Positions 12,068 through 24,894 of a stretch of DNA of 64,000 nt are shown here, piece after piece. The DNA lies in assembly GCA_010909165.1 (NCBI GenBank), contig MU008206.1, positions 124,001 to 188,000 on the forward strand. The letters run 5' to 3'. A program made the position numbers and the translations under genes. The notes below the pieces were generated by a model. The model ran no database searches. It worked only from the letters and a program-made list of their open reading frames with translations, and had not been told where the DNA came from. Numbering within the stretch: position 1 is the first letter of the stretch; each line of letters opens with the position of its first letter. The DNA comes from Anthoceros angustus (taxonomy: Eukaryota; Plantae; Anthocerotophyta).

Positions 12068-12830
12068 GATTCATCTACCGGGACTCCCCCAGCTTTTTGC
12101 CTATGAAGGATAGGGTGCATTACACCATCCGGTGGCTCTGCAATCCTCTCATTAGTGTTTTTTGGAATCAAACTGAAGCCATTGTGGTTCATGTTGAACA
12201 AAGCATCAGGCAAACTATTTCAGGTCCTTGGTCATTTAAAGCCATTGTGATGCAGTTTTTTGGCACTAATCTCAAGCATTGGCGGAACAATGTGAGGAAG
12301 GAGGCCCAAAAGTTTCTGGAGGGCAAGAAGAAAAACCCTGGCTATGTTCCGAAGAGTGTAAAACCGGAGTACTAGGAGGTGTTTTTGAGAGAGGAGAAGG
12401 AGAAGATGGATGGTGTTGTAGCCCCTAGCCAGCAAAAAGTAGCTACCATGAAGAGGGTGAACGATACGGGTAGCAATACCTACGCATGCTTTGGCCATGG
12501 GGGGCAGCGTGGTTTTCTGGATAGGTTCAAAGGAATGTTTGGGAGGGAGCCAACCGTGGATGAGATCGAGCTGTTACCACGGAAATTGGTGGTGAAGCTG
12601 CGAGCATTTTGGATGAATTCCAAAATCACAAGTCTGCTTTGGGTCCACAGGTTAACTCACGGGGGATTGACACTATTAACGTGGAACTGTTGGTTGAGGC
12701 GGTGTTACCCAACGATGAATGCGATGGCAAGGTCATGGATGCCATCATGAAAAAATGTCTTAGACGACGGTGGATGGTAGGGCACTACCTTCCCGCAAAG
12801 TGGCCAAGGATGCTAAGGAAGTCTCAAAGA
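12068..12830 (+). pseudogene. TnpA / Ptta-En/Spm-type transposon protein remnant
   Basis: Broken ORFs 12097-12375, 12379-12750, 12609-12833; segment FGHGGQRGFLDRFKGMFGREPTVDEIE resembles CACTA TnpA-like proteins. Confidence 0.55.
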
Positions 12831-13074
12831 TGATTAAGGTTAGAGGTCTTGTTTTCATCATTTCCATGTTCCATGATTTGTCCGAATTTTCTTGTTCAGG
12901 ACCTCATATTTTGGGTGTGTAAATTTTAGAGGATGCCCGGTTTTCTAAGGGCAATCTTTGGATTTGGCCGGTGGCTAGAGGACAACTCTTGTTTTTGAAT
13001 ACATGGAAGGCGGAATTGCGGTGTATGACGCCCGATGATGTAGCTGGTCTGCAAAGTGGTTTTGGTCGAACTGC

Positions 13075-13300
13075 CCTCCTCACTCCATCCTCCCCACATC
13101 CTATCCCACCACCTCCTCCTCTCCCTCCCTCCCTCCCTCCCTCCCTCCCTCCCTCCTCCCTCCCTCCTCCCTCCTCCCTCCCTCCCTCCCTCCCTCCCTC
13201 CCTCCTCCCTCCCTCCCTCCCTCCCTCCTCCCTCCCTCCTCCCTCCCCTCGCCTCCCCTCCCCTCCCCGCCTCCTTCCTCCCTTCCTCCCTTCGCTCCCC
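13075..13300. repeat. (CCCT/CCT)n polypyrimidine microsatellite
   Basis: About 225 bp almost exclusively C/T on the plus strand. Confidence 0.95.
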
Positions 13301-13369
13301 ACTTATGAAATTGACAACACTTGCATGAATCACACTTTGCAATCTTTTGCTACGTTCCATTTACTATAG

Positions 13370-14050
13370 GGAGTCCACTACTCAACATTTCACTACGAAC
13401 TTTTACTATAGAATTTTTTAACGAGCTTTTACTATAAAATTTTACAACGGACTTTTTACTATAGAATTTTACAACATACTTTTACTATAGAATTTTACTA
13501 CGTATTATTACTATAGAGTTTTACTACATATGTTAACTACGATATTTACTATAGAATTTTACTACGAATATTTACTATAAAATATTACTACAGGGTCTTT
13601 TTCTACAACGGAGAGATTTACAACGGTACCCAGTGGGAATTTACAACGACTGTCGGATTACTTAACCGTGATTAATTAACTATGGTCAACATGTGATTAA
13701 CCAAACCCACTCATTTAACTGCGGTTAATATATTGTAGTTAGCTAATCTCGGTCAACTAACCATTGTTTTTAACCACGATTAGGCCAGTAGTAAAGTCCG
13801 TGGTTGTTCATCGTAGTAAATACCCTGATAAAAGGTATACCCTGGTAAAAGATTAACTAGTATACGGTAGACTTCAGTAACGTACTTCGTACCTAATTCG
13901 TATAGAATACAGAGTATAGCCATCATATATCATGTACTGGACTTTACCACGGACACTAACGCTATGTGTTTACTACTAACGTTTTACTATGGGAGTAGTA
14001 ATGACCGTTGTAAAGTCCATAGTAATGTGCGTGGTAAAAGTATACTTTTC
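13370..14050. repeat. CACTA subterminal short-repeat array
   Basis: Many TTTTACTAT/TTTTACTAC/TTTACAAC units at 13370-13630 and inverted GTAGTAAA/GGTAAA units at 13785-14040. Confidence 0.8.
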
Positions 14051-15236
14051 CTAGTAGTGACTAGCTAGCATCCTTCTGCTGTCATTATCTCCTAAAACCA
14101 CTGTGTCCGGGTTTGACTCCCTAGTCCTGCCTTTCTTCCACCTGTGTTTCAGCCCTAGTTTGTCGTTTAACCAAGCAGACGTTGGAAGACGTGCATGCGC
14201 GGCTCATTTGATTCATGATCCCCTTTTTGTTGAAGTGGGGCTTGCTCCTTAGAGGATGGAGCATGTTCCTCCACTTTCTTCCCCCTTTTGTTCGTGCCCT
14301 CTTTTCCCCCTTAGTTTATTTTTTCTTTGAGTTGAGCAATTTGCTGTGCTTGTTGCTCAAGGACTTGCTGCAACTTGCTTCCCGTAATCGGCCTCTCCCT
14401 ACTAGAAATGGCAGCCCATGTTACAGTTGTTGTTGCAATTTTATGCTACACTTCCAAATTGCAACAAGCTATGTAGGCTTGGTATTAAGTTTGACACTAT
14501 TCCCTTCTCATTTTGTCACTTGACTCTCTCCCTCATCACCTCACCCTCCTAAGTACACCCTCACTCTCACAAGCATTGTTTATGATTTCAAACATATACT
14601 ATGCAAACCTGCTTATGTTACGGTCCTTTGTTACAATTTCATGCAACACTTTCCGTTTGGAACACTCATTAAGTTAGTTGGCTTGGTGTTAATTTTGTGA
14701 TACTCTTCTCCACCTTTTCTCACCATCTTAACAACATGCAAGTGGTCTGTTGACCTTACACCTCACCATTAAGAGCTTAGCATTAAGTTTGTTGGCTTGG
14801 TGTTAAGTTTGTGATTTTCTTCTCCACCTTCTCTCACCATCTTAACAACTCGCCTTTGGTCTCTCCTTTCACCTCACACTCCTAGTTAATGCTCCAAAGA
14901 TGACACCCATTTTATAATTTTTCCCTCTTTGTGTTGCAACATGTGTTCCCCTCTCACGCTACTATTTTATTCTTCCCTCTTGCTTTTCCTACATGACAAG
15001 AACTCTATCTCTCTCCTGGTTGTCATTCTCTTTCCATTTTGCCTCCTTTGCATAGCTATGCATTTATAATCTACCTTCCTCTTCAATGCACCCTTGTGTC
15101 CACATCTGGTTTTGTTTTTAAGCTCCACATACACAATTGAAAACTCTTGTTTTTACCTGATTATGTATAGTAGGATTCTAGATTATTTATATGTTTATCT
15201 ATATATATGGTTTGCAGCCCACTTGTTGTGTATATT

Positions 15237-15238
<2 letters not shown>

Positions 15239-15287
<49 letters not shown>
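15239..15287. repeat. (TA)n microsatellite, ~24 units
   Basis: Directly visible. Confidence 0.97.
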
Positions 15288-15293
<6 letters not shown>

Positions 15294-15403
15294 CGTATTT
15301 ATTTATGTATATAAATGTATTATACTTATATATACTTGTAACCTAAACATAATATTATTTACCTATGTCTAAGTTCGTGGGTGCGAGGCTCACTCTGCGT
15401 TCG

Positions 15404-16047
15404 GAGGCAAGGAGGAGGATGGGGAGAGGAGGAAGGGGAGAGGCAAGGAGGAAAAGGGGGGGAGGGATCTGAGGTAGGAGGAGGAGGAGGAGGAGAGGGA
15501 GGGCGAGAGGGAAGGAGGAGGAGAGGGAAAGCGAAAGGACAGGATGGGGAGATTATAAGGAGGAGGAGGAGAAGATAGAAAAGAAGAGGAGCAAGAGGAG
15601 GGGGAGATGGGAAGGAGGAGGAGGGGCAAAGGGAAAGGAAGAGGAGCAGGTCCGTTCCATGCTGTGATTTCAAGTAAAGACCCGTTCCATGCTGTGATTT
15701 CCAGTCTCAAATTTTCAGCTGATGCATAACCAGTGTGACATGACGTTGGTGAAGGGATGGTGGCGGGCGGGATCACGTGGCACCGCAAGGATCTTGTACT
15801 TGCGAGCATTGCAAGGTCAGGCCAAGACCTGTTCCAATACTGTGATTTCCTCTCAAATTTTCAGCTGTTGCGTAACTAGCTAGTGTGATTTGATGTTAGA
15901 GAAGGCAATAGGCAAGGAGGAAAAGGGGGACGGGGATTTAAGGTAGAAGAGGTGGAGGAGGAGGAGAGGCAAGGAGGAAAAGGGGGACGGGGATTTAAGG
16001 TAGAGGAGGTGGAGGAGGAGGAGAGGCAAGGAGGAAAAGGGGGAGAG
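15404..16047. repeat. G/A-rich low-complexity tracts, including a ~57-bp unit repeated ~2.4 times (15911-16047)
   Basis: AGGCAAGGAGGAAAAGGGGG recurs at ~15440, 15911, 15967, 16024. Confidence 0.85.
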
Positions 16048-17934
16048 GGTTTGGTTTCCAAGCCAAAGTGTAACAAGAGGCCCAAAAAGTGTTACATGAC
16101 CCCAAAATTGCAACATAAGTGTTACATCCAGGGGTCCAAATCTTAACATAAAGTGTAACATGGGCTGCCATTTCTTGTAGGGTCTCTCTCATGCATCTTC
16201 TTTTGCTCCTCGCCATCATGGTGGAATTGGTAGTGACATTCTGAAAGAATGAAACCCATTTCAGGCATCCCGGATCTCATTCTCTCTATCATTAATTAGA
16301 TTTTTGAACTAATTGGTCTTAAGTTGATCAAGCTAGAGAAAGAAATTCTAAGTTAATCCAACTAGAACAAGAAACTCGAAAGCAGATACATTCTGAGTTG
16401 TTTTCTAATGGATTTTGTCTAATCAACCAAATAAACAATCACAAAAGATCACAACAAAGAATACATGATTCAATTGATAAGTCCAAGCTTAAGATTTCGC
16501 ATTATAAATTACAAATCAGGAAAAATTGTGCATGCAAAATAGCTGTGAACACAATAGTTACGCGAGAACTTTTAAAAGAATGCCTAATTTCTAGTGAAAA
16601 ACTGTTTATATAGCATCCTATTAATTGCTTCTTAACGATACAGCCAACAATCAAGCTCTGTGTGAAACTTCTTAAGATTATGGTCTTTAGTCAGCGCTTT
16701 CCAATTAATTACAATTTCTTTGAATTCTTCACATTCCAATCAATTATAATTAACCTGTTCTGTTGAGCTCTCTTCGCATTGGTTTCTTTTAGTTTTGTAA
16801 CTCACTTTGCAAATTATTACTTAATATATTTAAATTAGTATCTAATAGACCTCTATGGAGCTGGTCTCATAGAATTAGATTAATTAATCAGGCATGATAA
16901 ATCAATGACCTCTTGAATTATAACAAGGAGGAATATCCTAAAGCATATTTCTGGTGCTTATTCATTTAACCATAGCTAATAATATTAATTAATACTAACG
17001 AATAATTAATTAACATAAAATCAATTATTTTAAAGGTCGATGATTAATTAATTAATTGATTAATAGTAACTAATTATTTAAAAAGGATAAATTGAGCTGG
17101 ATTTACTTTCAAGCTGTATGGATAAAAGCACCGCATCCGCTCCAATTTCATATGTATATATTGATAGCGAACCCTATGCAATTGGGGGTGGTAGGCACTA
17201 CCTAGTGACATAGTAGCCACGAGGTGCATACCTATATACAAGAGCAAGACGAGCCCATTCCCGAGCCCGTTCCCTCTTACCCAGTGACTGGCTAAACCGG
17301 TGCTGGCATAATGTATGTAAGTTTTCCTTTACTTTCCAACATGGATATGACGGACATTTTGACTCGACTACGGTTCTTACCAGCTACGCAAATTTTGATT
17401 GCGAATTTGAAAGGAGACGGCGTGGTAACAGGGTGAGGCCTCGCAGTGCGAATTGTGCGCGGGTGGCACGTGACTGCAGCATACGTCGATGGCCGTGGCG
17501 TCCACGATCGGCGAACGAATGTGCGCTTATCGCCCAATGTTGCCGTGGCCGTGCAGGTGCTCAACCTGGCCTAGACGTTTCACAGCCCAGCAGCTGCAGT
17601 GGCAGGATGCCACTCACCTTTGCTGAGAAGTTGCACAAACAGCTCCTCCTCTTCTATCTTTTCCGACCGGATCACGCTTTCACTCTTGGTCTGGACCAGA
17701 TCTGCTCCTCCTCATCTGTGGGTCCAGTTTCACCAGATCTGGCCAGCAACTTGGTTTTGTACGAATGCTGATTTGATGTCACCTGGACATTGCGCGTCCA
17801 CCAGGTGCTCACTCCTTTCTCACCATGAACTGTGTCCAGATCTGGATCATGGTTGAGTGCCGTGTTTAGGCGGGTGAGGCGGATGAGGACTTTCGAGCTC
17901 GAATTCTCATGGTAGAACCCACCAGCTGGCAGGG

Positions 17935-20900
17935 ATGGTAATGCAGCCTCTTACTTGGGATACTTTTTTCAGCTCGCTGTGCTTCCATTTTTTGCTCTGC
18001 CATCGGACACATGGCCAATTGACTTTGTTTCCCTGCTTGTTATTTCACTGTGTAGTTGCCAGACCAGACTCTTTCTGGAGCTCGGCCTGCTCTGCAAATC
18101 GCAGGTCTGTCATCTAATCTGAGTCTAAGCTCGTTGGCGCACGAGCAGCACGTGAATGGAGCGCCAGTGGCAGTGCAATTGGAGGACAGCTTCTACGAAC
18201 AAGTATACATGGTTTTATGCTCTGCTTCTTGGAGTTAGCGCTTTTTTCCGTCCGTCTTTACCATGCTGGACCACCACTGGCATGACTGACGCAGCTTATG
18301 CATTGTAAGGTCCATGGAGTGAAACTTGTTTGTTCTGTCAATGTAGGAATTTGATCCTGTGCGGCATACACTTGCTCAAATCCCCGAGGAAGGTGTGAAC
18401 CAGAACTTTATTGATTTCCAGGTATGTACTGCTTCGTTTTGTCCTCAGTTTGCTCTAGTGCTATGGTCTCTGCTTGTTCAAATTATTAGATTGCGTTTTG
18501 CAGGTGGGCCAGAGAATGTGGCAGCTTGACTTTTTGATGGAAAGGCTCTCAGAGCAAGTGATGGAAAATCACGAAGAGATGGGTGGGATTAATGTCCTGA
18601 AGTCGTTCGTGGCTTGCAATGTAGCTTGTGCAATTTCCCGTCCACCTTACAAATCTGACATGCTTGTCGTTGTTGCACAGTGAAAGGAATGCAACTAGTC
18701 ACAGAGCTTGAGACAGACATGCAGGTCTCAACTATTATAACTAAGGTGAAAATGTTCAAAACTATGTTCTTTTGCCACGGCTTGAGGGTCGAAGCTTTGT
18801 AATTTTCGTCTTGCCTAACGTAACCCATTGTTGTGCAGAATGGAAGGCGCCACCTGTCATCTGCTATGCATGAGGTCTCTCAGGACCTTGTTATCTCAGA
18901 CAATGTGAAGAGGAGACAGGTTTTAATGGTAAGTGCATGTCAGTATGCGCACTGCTGGGCCTGTGTAATATCAAAGATCTCAAAGCCCTGGAAGCTCGCT
19001 CGATCCTCTGGCCTGTTTTGCCTCCGTTGCTGTTCTTTTCTCATGTGTGGTATGGAATGGGCATGCCTTTGCGCATCTGTATACCTTTACTTACCTAAGA
19101 ATGTAGTCAAGTGAAATGTCTGCAATTAAGTGTGCTGTGTTGGTTCTCAGTCAGTGAGCCATTGACCGAGCCATTTTGTGTTGGTTGTGGATTATGAAGG
19201 ATATGCTCCCTACGCTAGCGCGCTTACAGCAGATAATTGAGCTTAAGGCACAGATGGATACTACAGCTAAGGAAGGGGACTTTGCTAAGGTAGGATATTT
19301 CGTCATTGGGTGCTCAAGTTTGTCGTAGAGCTGCATGTACTCTGAAGTATCACCGCTTGTTCTGAAAACACTGTTGTGTATGCGTTGTTCACAGGCTCTG
19401 CAGATGTGCTCTGAGTGCATGCTTCTTCTTGATAGTTGCTCAGAGCTTACCTCAATCAAGGAGGTTAACCACAGTATTGAGGTGGGTACTAGGTCCGGCA
19501 AGGATAGAGGGACATAAACTCCAGATTTTTCTAAGGGCATTGGCGTCGTGAGAACAGCATGTCAGAACCTGAAGTTTTACCGCGTTTGGTATCTGTGATG
19601 GGGAAGTGATGTAGGAACACGTACAAGTTGTAAACATATCTTTTGTGATGTTCTGATATTCTAGGTTTGGCTCCAAAGTACAATGGACAAGGTTGACAGC
19701 ATGCTCCATGGTGTTTGCCGCAACTTTCAGGAGGAACATTTTGCCACTGTGAGTTATCTACCAGGTCAAACGAGAAGTTAGCTACTGCTGTACAGGGGTG
19801 GGATTATGAATAGTGATGTACTTGATCTTTATTGTATTGCCTCGTTTTGTTCTGGTGGTTACAACATAGGGGTTCAGGAATGGATTTTGGGACTGAGACA
19901 TGTTCTGGCTTGGCTGGCAGGTTCTTGATGCCTACTACATTATGGACGATGTTGCTAGTTTAGCAGATAAAATTCAAAATCTGTTTGGGCAGATTATTGT
20001 GTCGGAGACACATTCTTTGGTCAGGGATTTGCTAAACCAGGTCAGCTTGAATAAGAGGGTGGGATCTGGGCTTTGTGTGTCAGATGTCACGTGTATTTCC
20101 TTGTCCCCTTAGCAGTGCTGTGTAGAAGCAACTGAACAAGGTCTGTTCTAAAAATTTCAAGCTAGTTACCTTCACAAATGTTTTGTTATAGGGCGAGGAA
20201 CCGCAAATTGTTCAGAAGCGTAACAGGTCTGTGTTTCAGCTATTTTGGTTTACTCCTCTGGTTGTTGCAAGATATAGCCCTTGTGTCAAACTGAGTGTTT
20301 TACCTTTGCAGGCTTCCATATAACGAGCTTTGTCTTCACATACCGGAAGGAAAATTTAGGCAGTGCCTATGCAAGATTCTGGAGAGCCTTTTCGATATGA
20401 TGTGTGCGTACTATCAAATGCTGACCTGGCACCCTTATCAGGTGAGTACTATGTTGGTTCACATGGAGATCTTGTTAGTCCAGTTGATCCTGTTCTTGGG
20501 ATGTGGTTGTGGACAAGTTGTCAATAGCTGTGTAGTCGGCCCTACAAGCTGGGGGGGAATTCTCTGGTTGGTCCCATTTACGAACTGGTCCACTTGACTC
20601 ATTAGGACAGGCCAGCAGTACTGGACGTTTGAGGGAGGATTCTGCAAAGAGTGGTGCATGTTCAGCAGAAGGTGTGCTGGATGGATTCCCGCAGGTGGAG
20701 CCGCAAGGGCTTACAGGCATTGCAGAGGATGAGACTGATGTTCCACCTGTGGCCGAGACCTCATTTCAGCAAATGAGGTCAGATACCATCGCCAGCATTC
20801 ATCGGGGGCTTGAAAGGGGACGGAAGGCAGCATGGGAACTGGCTGCCCGACGAGTTACGGCGCTTCTTACTTGTGATGCGATTTTCACAATTAGCCCGCA

Positions 20901-23900
20901 CCATTTTCTCCAGAGCTTGGACTGGGTAAACAGGTTCATCTTAGCTGGAGAAGCATTCAGTGGTTCTGATGCAATCTCCTTACGGTCAAAGCTTGTGAAA
21001 CTCAGTGAAAAATACTTCGCCTCGTTTCATCGCCAGAATCTTGAAGTGAGCATTCAGTCTCTTAATGTTTTTCGTTATACTTGTTTGGTTATTTTCTGCG
21101 ACATGAAAGTGTAGCAGCTTGAGTTGTGAAACTCCTTGTTTAGACTGCCTATCTCATGAGGTTGAATGGCCTGGTTCAGGTTTTTTTGTCTGCATTTGGT
21201 CCTGCCATCACCTGTCTTTCTTCCTTTAAAGGCATGATTGAGTCTGGATATTCAACAGGTACTGCGTATGATGTTGGATAAAGAGACATGGCAGCAACTT
21301 TCTCCAGCTGCGATGAAAACTGTGAATCTAGCTGGTCTTACAAGTGAAGGTGCTTTAGTGTTGGGGTTCTCCCCCACTGCCATATTGAAACGGGACACTG
21401 ATTCAAGCATCAATAAGCAATCACAGGCTATCTCAGAACAGAGCTCTCATGCAGGTTTTGGAGAGTGGGTCAAAGCAGGCAACCCCTTTCATGAGAAGCA
21501 GGCTCAACTTTCACATGGTTTGAGCTTCAAGAAAGATGGTTCTGGAAATGTGTCTGCTGACACACACAGCCTCTCAAATGGCGCATCAAAGGGAGACGTG
21601 GGGCAGGAGGATGATGAGGACGATGAGGATCTTCTTGCAGATTTTATCGACGAGGAAAGTCAGCTGCCTAGCCGTGTATCTCAGGAGCGTAGACGGACTT
21701 CCTCGCTCGACACTCGTAAAGACAGACCACGGGCTTATGAGTCATTTACGCTGACAGGCTCTTCTGTTAGTTTTCTAAGGTCTGTCTGTCGTTCGTACTT
21801 AAAGTCAAGCTGGATTTTGTGAGAAAAAATACTTACAAGGCTGGTTCTAACTTAGTCTCCTCCGCAGGTACATTGACAGGTATGTGAAGTTGATGCATAT
21901 CTTGCAACCAATATCAACTGAAGTGTTCAAGGTATGGCCACTAGTGAAGCATGCTCTCGGACACTCTAGTATCCAACAAGAGTAATCAAAATGATCTTGG
22001 ACAGTTACTTTTGTGTCTCAGGGCTTGTGCCAATTATTTGAGCTGTACTTCTTAACTATCTTCAAGCTTTTCGGCCAGCAAGATGTTCTCACTGCTCAAG
22101 GCCAGTTGAGTGCTAGTGCTGGTAAGTGTCTGAAGTGGTGCATTTACTTGAAGGAGGTTCGTTTATGCCCCACTACATTATTGACACAGGCGAATTGCAT
22201 GTGTATATCCCGGTATCCCCCTTCACATCGTTTGGCATTAATTTTTCCAGGAATAACAGCTCGTCTTAGGACGACGTTATCAAGAATCTTGCAAGGTCTG
22301 GACGAGCAACAAGCAAAGGTTCCTGAAGTAAAAGCTGCTTCTCCAGGTCCTTCCATCGGTTCAGAGATATCATTTGCATCATCTGGAAAGCTAGGTCCGA
22401 CAATAATGATGTCTGCAGGCAACCTCTATGGCCTTAAGGCAAGTGGCCTCCTTGCTGTTGTGAACAAACAAGAGTTTTCCAAGTGTAGTGAGCACGTCTG
22501 ACTGTAAAAGTTTCAAGTTTCAGGAACGCTTTGTAGCTGCTGAGTCAATGATGTCTCTGGCCACAATCATGAAAAATTTGCGGGTACGGTTTCAAGCAAT
22601 GCAACCTCAGGATAGTGTGACCTCTATTGAGCATTTCTATTCCAGGACGGTATGTTGCCCTCTCCTTTAGGTTGTTATGTTTTTTGAACTCTTTGGCACC
22701 CCTGGCACCAGCTGCAAGATACATGCCAATTCTGTTCCAGTCTAGTCACTCGCGTTGAATGACATGACCCAAACAGGTGGATGCTGTTTCTGATCTAAGA
22801 GAGCATGTTTACAGAACCGTTGTCAAACTGCTTCTAAACCTTGGAGGGTAAGTTGGTTTCAAAGCTTTGCATATATTTTGCAAGAAAGCAGATGTACCAG
22901 TTTGCCAACTCATTACTATGCTTTGATGACAGATATGTTGATCGCATTGCCAATTGTAAGTGGGAGTTAAAAGACCTTGGCCTTCAACACAATGGGTGAG
23001 TAGTGTGCAAACGAAAGCATGCACATAATGGGATCAGACCGGTTGGAATGTTGGAGCCCAAATTGGGAGAAGCATTATGGGCTTGTTTCTCTGAAGGTAG
23101 AAGCCTACCACCTCTGTGCTTCTAATTTGGGATCGATTTTGACAGGCATGTTGATCTTCTTCTTGGAGAGTACAAGCACTTCTCCAGTAAGATAACACAT
23201 GGAGGTGTATCAATGGAGGTACCACTAAGTATAAGCAAAGCTATAACTAAACTTTAGTTTGCCATCTGGGTGCTGCAAGGAATTGAAATGGCAATGCCAT
23301 GCAATGCACTACAGGTGCATGAGCTGTTGTTAGCTTATGCGGTTGACGCAATAGCTGAGACCTTGATGGAGGGACTGTCCCGCGTGAAGAAATGCAACAA
23401 TGAGGGGCGGGCACTCATGTCACTAGATCTTCAGGTTTGGAGAGGCTTCCTTAGGGCTGTCTAGGTTGTAGGTTTGTTGAAGTGTGCATCGACGCAGATT
23501 TCTTGCGAATTTGTCCATGAGCTAATGAAGGGTTGATTTTGTTTTCACTGCGTACAGGTCCTCATCAATGGACTGCGACACTTGGCCCCACCGAGGCTGA
23601 GTTCAAATTTGCAGATTGTGGAAACGTACATTAAGGTGGGTGGTGAACAGCCTGCAAGCAGTCGCTCATTGTTTTTGTCACTAGATTTGCCCTCAGGTTC
23701 TGAATAATATATGGTTGTGCTGAACAGGCTTTCTATCTTCCAGAGACGGAGTACCTTCATTGGATTAGGACACATCCGGTAAGCATTTGCAGAGTTGTAG
23801 TGCTAGGAATAAGTCTTGAATCAATACTCAGCCGTAAGTAACTTTCCCTTCCAGGAGTACACCAAGGCGCAGATTGTAGGCTTGATCAATCTTGTGGCAT

Positions 23901-23974
23901 CAGCTCATAACTGGAAACGGAGAAACAGGTTGGACTTGTTGGATAAGGTTGAAGCTGGGGACATCTACCTCTGA
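17935..23974 (+). CDS. VPS50: VPS50/syndetin (EARP complex subunit), more than 20 exons
   Basis: Exon peptides LEDSFYEQ, EFDPVRHTLAQIP, LPYNELCLHIPEGKFRQCL, LERGRKAAWELAARRV, VKKCNNEGRALMSLDLQ, VETYIKAFYLPE match the plant syndetin family. Start inferred as an ATG at 17935 directly followed by a GT donor; GC-AG intron at 22439-22523. Confidence 0.9.
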
Positions 23975-24894
23975 CAACTGAAATTTTCTCCAGGTATGAA
24001 AACCCACACCTGTTGAGCTTCTACCAGTGTGGGAATGAGGAGAGCTCACATGAGTATGTCACAAACTGGCTGCTTTGTCTCGCATGGTGCAGCATCCAGA
24101 GATCCATGATGTCCCCGAAACGTGCCTTACCCTCGTGAACCGCTGCTCGTTCGCCTTCCACAGCTGTCAGCTATCTGCAAGGTTGAGGTTGTTGGAATTC
24201 TATATTTGCTAGCTTCAAGTGTCTGCTCGCAGCCTGTTCAAACTTCTTGTCACTGACAAATCCTGAATCTTTTGGAAAGGTAACGAGCCTTGCCGATTGG
24301 AACATCGGCAACCAGACGGACTTCATCCACAGTCGAAACCGGCTCGCCACTTGCAAGCGGTATGTTGTACATTACTTACAAATCAGTGCCAATGGAGTTC
24401 GACGACATGCCGTGAACAAATCTCTTTGCTTGCAGCTAAGCAGCACAGAAACTAGCTATGTCTCGGGCTGTAATGAGTTAATTGTTTCACGGCATTTCGT
24501 TCACGTCTCAATCTAAACTGCTGCACGCAGACTACCTTTTTTGTGTCATTTAAGTTTGAAATATCATACAGTGACAACGTTGACGGTACCAGAGACCTGT
24601 CAGGATACCGTATAATGAAAATACTTTTCGGAAACTATGTACCATATATGCATACCTTTTGTCAATTCCAATGCGCGCCAAATAACCTGTTAGCTCGCAA
24701 TGTTGTCAGATCTTAACTCACATTCGTTACAGGTGCTGTCCTGGACGATACTGTCCTTGGTTGCCATATGCTCCAAAGATGACATTGTAAGTTTTAACGC
24801 AAAAAAATAACCGTATAACTTTGCGTGTTCCCCAACAGCGAAATTCACACGTCCTGCTCAGTCCGTTCTTTAGGATATCCAAACCCATCTTGTT

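Larger units (their letters stand above)
11100..14059 (+). mobile_element. CACTA (En/Spm) DNA transposon remnant; one terminus at 14059, other end not found
   Basis: Terminal ...CTAGTAGTG (reverse complement CACTACTAG) at 14051-14059, subterminal TTTTACTA(C/T) repeats in both orientations, TnpA-like coding remnant. Left boundary is a guess. Confidence 0.72.

Noticed and set aside
12904-13369. ORFs rich in Glu-Gly-Arg or Pro-Ser-Leu
   Set aside because: Translation artefacts of the (CCCT/CCT)n microsatellite.
15094-16161. Low-complexity ORFs (YIYIYI, poly-Pro, poly-Gly/Glu)
   Set aside because: Artefacts of (TA)n and G/A-rich tracts.
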